Positions 14,194 through 30,394 of a stretch of 64,000 nt of DNA are shown here, in pieces. The notes beneath the pieces were generated by a model. That model saw only the letters and a list, made by a program, of their open reading frames with translations. It had not been told where the DNA came from and did no database searches. The stretch comes from the human T2T-CHM13v2.0 reference genome, Homo sapiens. The translations under genes were made by a program, and so were the position numbers. How positions within the stretch are numbered: position 1 is the first letter of the stretch; every line of letters starts with the position of its first letter. The stretch lies in NCBI RefSeq assembly GCF_009914755.1, contig NC_060937.1; one strand, 5' to 3'.

Positions 14194-15897
14194 TGAGAGG
14201 TGACAGCGTGCTGGCAGTCCTCAGAGCCCTCGCTTGCTCTCGGCACCTCCCCTGCCTGGGCTCCCACTTTGGCGGCATTTGAGGAGCCCTTCAGCCCCCC
14301 ACTGCACTGTGGGAGCCACTTTCTGGCCAAGGCTGGAGCCCACTCCTTCAGCTTGCAGGGAGGTGTGGAGGGAGAAGCGCGAGCGGGAACTGGGGCTGCG
14401 GGCGGCGCTTGCGGGCCAGCTGGAGTTCCGGGTGGGCGTGGGCTTGGCGGGCCCCGCACTCGGAGCAGCCGGCCCGACCTGCTGGCCCCGAGCAATGAGG
14501 GACTTAGCACCCAGGCCAGCGGCTGTGGAGGGTGTACTGGGTCCCCCAGCAGTGCCAGCCCACCGGCGCTGCGCTCCATTTCTCACTGAGCCTTAGCTGC
14601 CTTCCCGTGGGGCAGGGCTCGAGACCTGCAGCCCGCCATGCCTGAGCCTCCCACCCCTCCATGGGCTCCTGTGCAGCCCGAGCCTCCCTGACGAGCACCA
14701 CCCCCTGCTCCACGGCGCCCAGTCCCATCGACCACCCAAGGGCTGAAGAATGTGAGCACAGGGCGCGGGACTGGCAGGCAGCTCCACCTGCAGCCCCAGT
14801 GCGGGATCCACTGGGTGAAGCCAGCTGGGCTCCTGAGTCTGGTGGGGACGTGGAGAGTCTTTATATATAGCTCAGGGATTGTAAATACACCAATCAGCAC
14901 CCTGTGTTTAGCTCAAGGTTTGTGAGTGCACCAATCGACACTCTGTATCTAGCTGCTCTGGTGAGGACGTGGAGAAACTTTATGTCTAGCTCAGGCATTG
15001 TAAATACACCAATCGGCACTCTATATCTAGCTCAAGGTTTGTAAACACACCAATCAGCACCCTGTGTTTAGCTCAAGGTTTGTGAGTGCACCAGTTGACA
15101 CTCTGTATCTAGCTCCTCTGGTGAGGACGTGGAGAACCTTTATGTCTAGCTCAGGGATTGTAAATACACCAATAGGCACTCTGTATCTAGCTCAAGGTTT
15201 GTAAACACACCAATCAGCACCCTGTGTTTAGCTCAAGGTTTGTGAATGCACCAATCGACACTCTGTATCTAGATGCTCTGGTGGGGCCTTGGAGAACCTG
15301 TGTGTCCAAATTCTGTATCTAACTAATCTGATGGGGACTTGGAGAACCTTTGTATCTAGCTCAGGGATTGTAAACGCACCAATCAGCGCCCTGACAAAAC
15401 AGGCCACTCAGCTCTACCAATCAGCAGGATGTGGGTGGGGCCAGATAAGAGAATAAAAGCAGGCTGCCCGAGCCAGCATTGGCAACCCAATCGGGTCCAC
15501 TTCTGCATTGTGGAAGTTTTGTTCTTTTGCTTTTTGTAATAAATTTTGCTACTGTTAATGCTTTGGGTCCACGCTGCTTTTATGAGCGGTAACACTCACC
15601 GCGAAGATGTGCAGCTTCACTCCTGAGCCCAGTAAGATCACGAGCCCACCAGGAGAAAAGAACAACTCCAGACGTACTACCTTGAGAGCTGTAACACTCA
15701 CCGTGAAAGTCTGCAGCTTCACTCCTGAGCCAGCGAGACCACGAACCCACCAGAAAGAAGAAACTCCGAACACATCTGAACATCAGAAGAGGCAGACTCC
15801 AGACGCGCCACCTTAAGAGCTGTTAACACTCAGCGCGAGGGTCCGCGGCTTCATTCTTGAAGTCAGTGAGACAAAGAACCCACCAATTCCAGACCCA
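14194..15897 (+). mobile_element. LTR12C solo LTR (ERV9)
   Basis: Starts TGAGAGGTGACAGCGTGCTGGCAGTCCTCAGAGCCC; GC-rich U3; tandem CCAAT/TATCTAGCTC repeats 14860-15420; AATAAAA box 15452-15458; U5 'cttcactcctgagcc' repeats; ends ...CA; 4-bp TSD ATAG (14190-14193, 15898-15901). Confidence 0.95.
14860..15480 (+). promoter_or_regulatory. LTR12C U3 enhancer/promoter: NF-Y CCAAT and GATA-like repeat array with TATA-like AATAAAA
   Basis: Many CACCAATC motifs interleaved with TATCTAGC, then GTGGGTGGGG, AGATAA and AATAAAA; established ERV9 LTR promoter layout. Activity here untested. Confidence 0.7.
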
Positions 15898-18103
15898 ATA
15901 GTATGTGGTTTTGCCTAATAGAGCATTCTCATAGCAAAAAAAAGGAAGTGATAGCCTATGCACAAGTAGCAAAAATAAATCCCATACACTTACCTTGAAT
16001 TGTCAATACAAGATGATTGTTCAAAGGAAGGAGTAGGAGTAGGGGTATTCTGCAGCAGATAAGTATTAATCTACAAAGCCAGACTTCTGTTAAGGTTTTC
16101 ACTGCTTAATCTATATAGTTAAGTGAAAACGTAAAGATGATATAAAAGTCTATTATAATTATAAAAGGATCAAGTATTACCATAAGTTTCTAAAACCATC
16201 AGTAAGACGGATCATGCTAAGATGAAGGCTTTTGCTCAGAGGAGTAGCTTAATGTGTTTGTAGAGGAAAGTTCTAGGGTAGAAGTTATGTTCCTTCCTGG
16301 CTCAGAGCCTGGATGCTGACTGGAGCTGAATTTCTGGAGAAAGAGGAACCCATTCTACGCAAGAGAGGAAGAAGTATTTGAAACTCTAGAGAGAAATTTG
16401 GGAGAGGGGAGGACTGAGAGGGAAAAAGAAGATAGAGCATACGGTGCCAGAGAGGTGGCAAAGGGGTAGTGCTTCCTGAAGTTCTCCCTTCCTCAGAGCC
16501 CCCAAATCTTGAAATGGTTCTCAAACTCACGGAATGTTTGATGCGAGTGGCTGCTTTTGGAAACCATTGAATGAGCTAAATATTTTCTTTAGGGTCCAGA
16601 CTGCAGTTATCAAAATCTGCTAAATATCATCTTTAGTGTCTTTTAAACTGTGTTTTTTAAATGATTCTATGATTTGCTTCTAAAAGAACCTTCATGTTTT
16701 GAAATATTAGACACCATTAGAAATAAGAATTTCTGGTGCCAAATTTAAATATATCTGTGAAATTCACTCGCGCATGGATTTCATTAAGTTTAGTGAAGCG
16801 AATAAAATCTGTTGTTACGGAAGGGATCTTTGACAGCTCATAATTACATAAAAATAAAAGCATTAGTTGAGTAGAACAAAATTAAGATGTCAGCATTGAT
16901 GGATTTCATAACTAAAATTTTTAAGAAGCACTTTAAAGCTCAATAACTTTTGCTGTTTAGTGTAGTTACATTAAAATGGTAATGATTCATTTTGCAGCAA
17001 CTTGACAGTAATTATTTGATTCTTAACACATCATGAAAGTTAATTTTTAGAAACGATAGACTAAAATATATTAAAATCTGCTTAGTTAATTAAGCTGTGA
17101 AAGACTAAGATGGCAATTGCAATAAGAATTCAATTTGATTCAAAACCTGGACTAATTTTATAGATTATAAGTAAATGATTAGCTCTAACACTTATAATTA
17201 AGGATTGCAATATTAAAACAAAAAGTGCTTTTATGTAAGTTAAAAGTTTGTCCAAAAGTTGGAAATTGAGATCTTCTAACTAGGTTTTCAAATAGGGAAA
17301 TTCAGTTTGAGGTGGAAAAATTTATAGAAAAATAACTTGAAGACTTGAATTCAAGTCCTACCACCAAAGAATAACATAGGAAAGTAGAAGTAGAGGGGAT
17401 GCTTGAGGTTGATTTAAATGCTCTTCTAGTTTTAGACTCTGTTTGTTGACACTGAGCTCTGGTTATTAAACTAAAAGCCCTCAATTTGAAACTAAAATCC
17501 AAATTTAGAATCAGAAGTCCCTGGTTGGCTCCCTCAATCACTCAACCCAGGCCATCCTTTCTCCCCACGCCTTTTCCACCTCTTCTACACGGGTAGCATC
17601 CCTGTTCAGAATATCCTCTTCCCTGCTTCTGTGGGTAATTTGTTTGTTCCTGTCAATCAGCTGTCAGGAGGACTGATTGGGCAGCAATTAATTTCTTATC
17701 TAGCAATAATTCTACCAAAACCCAGCACATAGCCCCTCTCTTCCCTCCAGCTGTATCTCAGAATGTCACAGACACAGCCTGATGATGTTTGATCTTAACC
17801 TCTGGGGAGTGATCTGGAAAACAATACAATTTCATGAAATGAATTTTGCTGAGGACCAATAAAAATGTGACTCATGTAATATTTCTATATTTTTATCTTT
17901 AAAAAGCCCACTATCGTAAGATGGTTCCTAGTAAGTAGAATTTTCAGGAATAAGATTTTATAAACATCAATTAATTATATGGTTTGCTAACATTTCCTTA
18001 AAGCTGACTAGGATTAGATTAGATTACCTTAGATCAGATGATTAGATTAGATCTGTGCCTAGGGATTTCAGATGCGTATTTTACTATTAAAACATTCAAT
18101 GAT

Positions 18104-18410
<307 letters not shown>

Positions 18411-18637
18411 TCAATGACATTAACACCATACTTTTCATTAAAATAATTGATTAGTGTTCTTTTTGTCATTTTTACAAGTCTCCATTTACACTATATTTAT
18501 TGAATGGTTTGAATGATGAGTAGGAATTTCCCAGATAAAGGGGTTCATGAAGGCATTCCAGGCAGTGGAAGCAGCAACATTTCTTTTTGGTAACTATTGG
18601 TAGCCAACAACAAGGCAAGTGAGTGTTACAGCCTTCA

Positions 18638-18952
<315 letters not shown>

Positions 18953-19586
18953 CTAGTCTTAGATGAAAATCTGCCCACACACACATACAGACTCATTACA
19001 AAATGGGCACAAAATAGTCTTATATTCAGTTGTGCAAATTGTATGAAGTCCACAGTACCTTCCCCAAAACATTCACCTAAGGCTAAATGTGACAATATCC
19101 TAATTGTGGAACTCTGTTAACCAAACTTTCAGACACCAATAATGCTCCAAATCAGTGGCTGAACATTGGACCATTTACAGATCCAACTCATAGCTCCACT
19201 CCTAGACTACTTGGCTCTCAGTATTTTTCTAGTGTATTCACACAATTATGCAAATATCTTTAAAATGTATCTAGCCAATCCATATACCTTGAACACCATG
19301 AATTTCAGCAGTAAACACCATTTCTAAAACCCATTTTAGAAATAGAAACCAATTTCTGACCTCCATCATGCTAATTTGTTGACTGAATACATAGAGTAGC
19401 ACTTGTGGGAGCTACTTTGGAGTGTGATGCTTCAGAGGAAGGAAGGAACCCAGTGAAGGTGACAGGGGCAAAAGCTAGACTTTTCTGTTCATGCCTTGAG
19501 TTATAAATTTGACATGGGAATCATAAAATTGATTTACATAATTAATAAACAAAATTTAATGAATAAACTGCCAAGGAATTTTACCA

Positions 19587-19876
19587 TGTGCTATAGGCTG
19601 AATGTTTGTGTACTTCCAAAATGGAGCTGTCATGAATGGGATTGGTACCAGGACATGAAAGAGCTGGCTTCCCTCTCGCTGCTCTCTGCCCTGAAAATCC
19701 TTTCAGGGAGAAGACAGCCATCAGCAAACCAGGAAGGAGGCCCTCACCAGAGCCTTGTCATGCTGACACCCCAATCTCTGACTTTCACCCTCCAGAACTG
19801 TGAAAAATAAATTTCTATTGCTTATCAGCCACCAGGTCTACAGTATTTTGTTATAGCAGCCCAAACGGACTAAGAA
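19587..19876 (+). mobile_element. MLT1A/MST-type MaLR LTR (internally deleted)
   Basis: 'tgctataggctgaatgtttgtg...ctccagaactgtgaaaaataaatttct...ttgttatagcagcccaaacggactaag'. Confidence 0.75.
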
Positions 19877-20970
19877 AACCTGTTTTCAGTAACCGTACTG
19901 TTAGTGAAACAATTGGTACTGGAATCCTGAAACCAACATTATCCAGTCTGAACCAACAATTACACTCCTAGGTATACACACGACGGAAAAGCTTGTGCAG
20001 GTATATCAAAACACACATTCTGTTTACTTAGCCAGAAACTGAAAACAAATCAAATGCCCATCAACAGTAAAACAAAATGTGTTCCAACTATACAATGTAA
20101 TACATAGCAACAGTATAAATGAAGTTTATAAGCAGTATTGTGCAAAAGAAGTCAGACACAAATCTATCTATCTTGCATCTATTTATCTACCATCTATCTA
20201 TCATGGGATTTTTATTTATTTAAAGTTCCGACACAGGTAAAACTGGAATACACATAGCATTAGAAATCAAAATAGTGGTTCCTTTTGAGTAAGAAAGGGG
20301 GAGTCATGTCTGGGAGGGAGCATAGGTGGATTTCCCCAAATACTTGGAACATTTCTATTTTTCGGGATGGATGTTACATATGTGGACATTCACAATGTGA
20401 TAACCCATCAAATTGTATATTTATACTTGGTGCTGTTTTCTGTATTTTATTTTGTTTTAAAATAAAATGCTATTTAATTTCCAAATCTACCTTCCTACAG
20501 GTTTTTCAATCAAGAGAAAATAATCTTACAACAAGATATTGCTATAATAGAGATGAAATAAGTTTATTTTGCCTATGTAAATGTATTATTTACATTTTAA
20601 TTGCTAATACCCATTAGTATTTAAAATGTATTTTTATATTTTAGCTATTTTATAAAATTCTTAAAATAAGTAGTTAAAAGTGGAAGGTAAAATCTAAGTA
20701 AATTTAATCTTTATTTTCAGAAGTAAAAACTAGGAAAGAAACTCTCCATATGTGTTTATATGGATTTATATCAATTTATAAAAATGCCAATATGAAGATG
20801 ATCTATAATGTTATTTAATATAAGCATTTCTAACAAAGAGGTAAATAAATGTAATCATGAGTGAACTTCTAAATGCAAGAGAAAACCACAGGAAAAGCTT
20901 TCATATTCATTAGTAACGTTTCCAGTTGAAAACCAGAAAGGCATAAAATATACTCTTAAGAACCAGCTGA

Positions 20971-22708
20971 GTCCTCTAATTGGGACTCCGAGCCAGGGCT
21001 ACTTCTGGCGTTGGCCCAGCTCCAAGAAGGCCATCCCAGCCATCACTCTTCCACCTGCTCCTTAGAGAAGGGAAGATGAGCGAGTTGAGCTTGAAGTCCA
21101 GCCAGCCCTTGGCCTCCAAGTGGGAAAAGGATGGCACTGAGAAGCGGGGCTGGGGCAGGCCACGCAAGCAGCCTCCGAAAGAGCCCAGAGAAGTGCCAAC
21201 ACCTAAGAGACCTCTGGGCGACCAAAGGGAAGCAAAAACAAAGGCGCTGCCAAGTCCCAGAAAACCATCACAACTCCAGGAAGGAAACCAAGGGGCAGAC
21301 CCACAAAACTGGAAGAGGAGGAAGAGGAGGGCATCTTGCAGGAGTCCTCGGGGGAGGAGCAGTGACCCGTGCATGGGATGGGACAGCTTTGCTCTGCTCC
21401 CACCGCCCCCACCCCCACCCCTTCCCCAGGCCCACCATCACCACCACCTCTGGCTGCCACCCCCATCTTCCACCTGTGCCCTCACCACCACACTACACAG
21501 CACATCAGCTGCTGCATGGCGCCCTTGGGCTGAGTGGGGAGCATTCCCCTGGCCTAAGTTCCCAGCTCCCCCTGTCCACCCACACATACACACATGCCCT
21601 CCTGGACAAGGCTAACATCCCACTTAGCCGCACCCTGGACTGCTGCATCCCCACTCTCTTGGTGGTGGGGACATTGCTCTCTGGGCTTTTGGTTTGGGGG
21701 CACCCTCTCTGCTCCTTCACTATTCCCTCTGGCTTCCCAATAGTGGGGACTGGGAGGGTTCCCCTGGCCTGAAAAGGGGCCAGAGCCCCATATCAATCTG
21801 GCATACCCTACCCCACTGCCCTGGCAGCAGCAGGTGTGGCCAATGGAGGGGGGTGCTGGCCCCCAGGATTCCCCCAGCCAAACTGTCTTTGTCACGACGT
21901 GGGGCTCACACCTTTCATCCTTCCCCACCTTCCCTAGTCCCTGCACTAGGTTGGACAGCCTGCTTCGGCTACAGGAAGGCAGGAGGGGTGAGTCCCCTAC
22001 TCCCTCTTCACTGTGGCTGCAGCCCCCTCACCCTCTGCCTGGGATCTGAGTAATATTGTGGTGATGGAGATGCAGTCACTTATTGTCCAGGTGAGGCCCA
22101 TGAGCCCTGTGGCTGCCACCTGAGGTGGGCTGGGGCTGCTCCCCTAACCCTACTTTGCTTCCACCACTGGCCATTTCCCCCTCCTTAGATGGGGCACCAG
22201 CAACAAGGAGCTCACCCTGCCCGCTCCCAGCCTCCCTTCTGCTCCTCCCTGACCCCCAAATTTCTGGTTCCATTTTTCCTCTGTTCACAAACTACCTCTG
22301 GATAGTTGTGTTGTTTTTTGTTCAATGTCGCATTCTTCGACATCCATCATTGCCGCTGCTACCAGCGCCAGATGTTCATCCTCATTGCCTCCTGTTCTGC
22401 CCATGATCCCCTCCCCCAAGATGCTCTTCCTGGGGAGGAGGGGCTGGGGGATGGCAGGCGGGGTGACCGGCTACCCCAGTCCCAAGGAAGGTGGGGCCCT
22501 GCCTGTAGGATGCTGCAGCAGAATAAACAAGGGGGCCCTAATCTACCATAAAGGGTGTAGGGGCCACCTCCTCCCCCGTTCTGTTGGGGAGGGGTAGCTG
22601 TGATTTGTCCCAGCCTGGAGCTCCCCCTCTGGTTTCCTATTTGCAGTTACTTGTATTTAAAAAAATCATTTTCTGGAAAAAAAAAAAAAAAGAAACAAGG
22701 GAAAGAAA
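20971..22708 (+). pseudogene. HMGA1P6: HMGA1 processed pseudogene from HMGA1b-type mRNA (lacks the 11-aa VSPGTALVGSQ insert); most likely HMGA1P6
   Basis: Intronless 5'UTR, ATG at 21076 (MSELSLKSSQPLASKWEKDGTEKRGWGRPRKQPPKEP...), 1-nt frameshift ~21214-21220, parental TGA 21363-21365, long 3'UTR, poly-A from 22677, TSD AAGAACCAGC(T/A)GA (20958-20970, 22709-22721) at a TT/AAGA L1-endonuclease-like site. P6 assignment rests on recalled synteny with RNY3P4 and SGCG. Confidence 0.9.
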
Positions 22709-24394
22709 AAGAACCAGCAGAATTGATTAACATACTGAAAATGTTCAAGTTTGGTTCAAATTTTTACTTCAAAGAGCTTTTTAGATTTACAAAATGTCAC
22801 GAATTATTTCAGAATTTAAAATAGAACCAGAATCTGGGCAGTATTATCAGTACATAATCTCATCAGATGCAGCTCTGAGAGTTCTATGAAGAAACTTAAA
22901 AATATTTCATCACCTAAGAAAGGATATATTATATAATCATTGTCCCAGCTTCAGAGTGCAGTCTGTTACATTTCTTGTCCTGGATGGTAATTTAATTTAA
23001 TAATTTAATGATAACTATAATGTGCACATTTTGCTATAGCTTATAGCTGAGGTGGAATAGGAAAATGAAAGAGACACTTTAAAATAAAATAGGAAGAATG
23101 AACTCTGGCCAAGTTTACTGACTCAAAAGTAAGATGAAACTCTGGTTCATTTCAAAGCATATTTTACTCTGGGTCTGAAGGCCATAGACATATCTTGGCA
23201 ATTTTACCTTTCATTCCTACAAAAATAAATGAATAAATTACTGAGAATCCTGAGCAAAAGCTGTGGTGAAAGTTACTTTCAAACTGCCATTAAATGGAGC
23301 AAAGATATTGCTCATAAACGCTGAAGCACTGGGTCTCTTCTTTTTTCTTGCTGAAAGGTCATCTTGCTGACTCTAAATTTGGTTCAAGAAACAAGGTATC
23401 TTGACGTTTGTTCCTATACCCAGAAAGGTAAACATCAAGTAGACAGAGGTGCAGGATCGTCCTGTAGAGTGTGGAAAGCTCAAGTGAAGGCTCATGACAC
23501 AGCTCAAAATGGAGCTTCTCCATTCCAGCAAACCCCACCATGCTCACAGATTCATTTCCAGGAAACTGTGTCCCCATCCCCATCCTAAACATCGTAAACA
23601 CTCCAGCTGACACTGGGCATTGGAGGTCAAGAGTAAACATGCTGACATGCTGCATCTGCTTGACTTCTGTGGCCACTTTACTTTGTTAAGTGTCAATGTC
23701 ATGCATCTTGCAGTGCATGTGTGGGTAGGTGTGACTTCTTCCCATCCAGCTCAACAAGTACCCATGACAAACTAGAACTTCAACAGAACCCAGAGAGCGA
23801 GTGTGTGCCTTTACAAGGATTCATCTTGCTGTTGCTTTAAATTGCTGATGGAGACAACAAAACATAATTTTTACCCAGATGTTTGTGACTTGGTTGAATG
23901 TCAATTATTTTTTATATGGACTCTTGTAGCTCTTCTTCCATAATAAATATGCCATGGCTTCCACTCACAATGCAAATTACCCAGGGAACCCGGGCTTAGG
24001 GAGTGTGGTCAAGGATTTTTCAGCTCCAATTCTGGATCACAAAACACACACCAGCCCATATTCAGAAAGCAGCGTGTACATCAGCAGTTTTCTCTCTTCT
24101 TTGGCCTGTTATCAAATGCTATGGACTAGATCTTCTAAAATTGGGATCTTGGTAGTTACGGCACTTGCAATAAAAGGCGAAAAATGAGATAATTGCCTAA
24201 ACCTTACCGATCCATTTTTCCCCTGGTTGTTTTCAAGGCTAGTGTGATTGCATTCTGGTATGAATGGTGGCATAGTATAGTTAGCAAAGGAGCAGGTGAA
24301 GGCCCACTTTGCCATTACTATAATGTTATTCAGTGTGGAAAGAAGGGAAGCACATTTTCCTCCTTTAAGTTATTCCCAACAGTTGGAAAAATGA

Positions 24395-24716
<322 letters not shown>

Positions 24717-25133
24717 TAATACTAAAACTAGGAAACTAGAATGATACTCCAAAAATGCTAGCAGTGCTTGAATTAGGTTAATCAATGTTGCAATTTGTTT
24801 TCATATCTCTATTTTCAACATGCTCTATAATAAGATCAAGTTATTTATATGATTTATAAAATAAGTGTGCTTATATATTACATATGAAAATTAAGTTCTC
24901 AAAGTAATGGAATCAAAATTCCATATTTTTCCATATGTATATACCCATATATATACATACATATTTAGTTAGCTAGTTAGTATGTTAAGATTTTCTTACT
25001 AGAATAGTAGAAATGCATGCAACATTTTCTATATTAACAAACAGAATAAATAACCTAATTTTAATGCTATCATTGATATTGTCATTTTAATTTTTGTTTG
25101 TTATGTACATGTATGTAATTGCTTCACAAATCC

Positions 25134-25420
25134 TTTCTTTTTTTCTTTTTTTTTTTTTTGAGACAGAGTCTCACTCTGTTGCCCAGGCTGGAGTGCAGTG
25201 GCCCTATCTCCGCTCACTACAAGCTCTGCCTCCCGGGTTCACGCCATTCTCCTGCCTCAGCCTCCTGAGTAGCTGGGACTACAGGTGCCTGCCACTGCGC
25301 CCGGCTAATTTTTGTATTTTTAGTAGAGACGGGGTTTCACCATGTTAGCCAGGATGGTCTCGATCTCATGGCCTCGTGATCCACCCACCTTGACCTCCCA
25401 AAATGCTGGGATTACAGGGG
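25134..25420 (-). mobile_element. AluY, slightly 5'-truncated
   Basis: AluY diagnostics; poly-T on +. Confidence 0.9.
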
Positions 25421-25764
25421 TCCATATTTGTCTTATCAATACATCATAAACACCTCTTCAAGTCACATAAACTTACCTCATCATTTTACTGACATTCCAC
25501 TGTACAGCTATATATTAATTCATTTAATCAATGCCTTATTGATTGGACATTTCAGTTGTTTACAAATTTACACTACAATTAATAATGCTATGACAATCTC
25601 AAAGTTTATCTTTGCAACATTGTCAAAATATTATATTAAGAAAAATCCCTGGTAGTATTAATGGAATCACTGTTCCAAAACGTATTTTAAAAAGCTTTTG
25701 ATGGATTTGTCTGTCAACTAATTTGTCTTCCAGAAGCATTGTTTCAATTTTAAAAACTCATATT

Positions 25765-26064
25765 GGCCGGGTGCCCTGGCTCATTCCTGTAATCCCAGCA
25801 CTTTGGGAGGCCGAGGCGGGCGGATCACGAGGTCAGGAGATCGAGACCATCCTGGCTAACACGTTGAAACCCTGTCTCTACTAAAAATACAAAAAAATTA
25901 TCCGGGCGTGGTCGTGGGCGCCTGTCCCAGCTACTCAGGAGGCTGAGGCAGGAGAATGGTGTGAACCTGGGAGGCAGAGCTTGCAGTGAGCCGAGTAGCG
26001 CCACTGCACTCCAGCCTGGGCGACAGAGCGAGACTCTGTCTCAAAAACAAACAAACAAACAAAA
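25765..26064 (+). mobile_element. AluY with (AAAC)n tail
   Basis: AluY diagnostics; TSD AAAA(A/C)CTCATATT. Confidence 0.93.
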
Positions 26065-26106
26065 CCTCATATTAATAGCTTATGAAACTGTCTTTTGTCC
26101 AAAACC

Positions 26107-26412
26107 TTTTTTTTTTTTTTTTTTTTTTTGAGATAGAGTCTTGCTCTCTCGCCCAGGCTGGAGTGCAGTGGCCACAATCTCGGCTCACTGCAACCTCTGA
26201 CTTCTGGGTTCACGCCATTCTCCTGCCTCAGCCTCCCGAGTACCTGGGACTACAGGCGCCCACCACCACGCCCGGATAATTTTTTTGTATTTTTAGTAGA
26301 GACAGGGTTTCACTGTGTTAGCCAGGATGGTCTCGATCTCCTGACCTCGTGATCCGCCCGCCTCGGGCTCCCAAAGTGCTGGGATTACAGGCATGAGCCA
26401 CCGCGCCCGGTC
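26107..26412 (-). mobile_element. AluY
   Basis: AluY diagnostics; TSD TGTCCAAAA. Confidence 0.92.
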
Positions 26413-26611
26413 ATGTCCAAAATCTTTATAACACTGAATATCATCATGTTTTTCAATATCTGCTAAAAGAAAAATTAAGTAATACATCTTGTTTTTGTTA
26501 GCAATTCTTTAGTTAGTAAAATGATGGGATAGTTTTCCTTACATCCATTGGCCATTTATGCTTCTTTGTGTATGCACTGCCTGTTCATGTCATTTGCCAT
26601 CATATTAATAG

Positions 26612-26950
<339 letters not shown>

Positions 26951-27916
26951 TAATCTCTTTTTTTAATGCTTTATTCTTTAAAATTCCAGTGCTTAGGACA
27001 GTGTTTCCTTATCAGCCACCCTTTGCACTTGTAAAGGGCAACTTCCCTGAGAGAGACGGATTCTCCCATCGATTTCAGGATATATATCCCCCCCTGCGCC
27101 CTGCCTACCAATGCCAACTGTGGTGGGGGCTTCCGACAACCAAAATGCCCCCACTCGCTTCCAAATACTCCCCAAGAAGGTCAGAGCGCTGCCCCTTTGG
27201 GTAAGAACCATTTAATTGGATATTTTTGCTATCTAATTTCTAGTTTTATTCCACTTTAATTGACAATTTTAAGTAAGATTCTTACCATGTTTTAACTGTG
27301 AAAATTCTACTTTTGGTAAATTATTGAGTTTCACCTTATAGCTCAGTACATAATGTCCTTGTTTTTTCAATGATCCATGGTCATTCAAAAGCATTCATAT
27401 TTCCTAATGACGGGTTATCACCACTATCAAATACATGATTCAGTTTCCATGTCATGATTCGTGTCAACAAACTTGAGTGGCCTGCTTCCAACTTCTGTCT
27501 CAAACAGCTGAGCTGACTCAGTCCCAAATCAAAGGCTTTACTGGGTGTCTGAGAGCATATGTCACCTGGAACCTCATCACATTGAGAAGTCAGCTTCAGC
27601 AGAGACTGGAGAATCTAGTTTTGAGCTTTCCTGCCTCTTCCTGTTAGAAGAGGATAGGAAAAATTTTGAATTAGAGAATCCAGAGTCCATCATATTGCCA
27701 TTGTACTTATAATTTTTTGATGCGCTTTTGTTAAATGATGCTTATTTTTTAAACAATTATTTCCCCTTTTTCCCCTTCATTTCCCCCCTCAGATGGGCAG
27801 CCAATTATACTAGTCCTATTTTTCACAATTTAAGATTTTGGAAGTCATACAGCGAATTTTAATCTAATTATCATTATGAAAAATACATTTCCCTATCAAC
27901 ATAAAGAACCAAATAG

Positions 27917-28585
<669 letters not shown>

Positions 28586-28619
28586 CTATGTTTCTTATGG
28601 AGGAACCCACAAAAACTGT

Positions 28620-30202
<1,583 letters not shown>

Positions 30203-30394
30203 CAATGTCTGCTTTTTAAAAATATTGACGCATATGTCTAGAGATAATATATGATGGTGTAGTTTTATAGTTGTCACACGTTTGGTATTTCTCGTTATCA
30301 AGCATAGGTGGTATAGTAGCAGAAGTCAAAAATCATACTGTCCTAAACCTGCAAATCTGTTTACCTTCTAATATTTATTTTTATTTTACTTCTT

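Noticed and set aside
14860-15400. Regularly spaced repeats superficially like a CRISPR or other novel array
   Set aside because: Known ERV9/LTR12 U3 enhancer repeats; the intervening segments are themselves repeated; eukaryotic DNA
14076-15816. ORF clusters in LTR12C (also in the LTR12 at 28768-30040)
   Set aside because: GC-rich LTR sequence; no gag/pol/env; both are solo LTRs
20980-21075. N-terminal 32 codons of the 211-aa track ORF
   Set aside because: Starts at TTG within the copied 5'UTR; the credible start is ATG 21076
21131-21772. 213-aa ORF overlapping the HMGA1 pseudogene
   Set aside because: Third reading frame of GC-rich retrocopy sequence from an internal ATG; not HMGA-like
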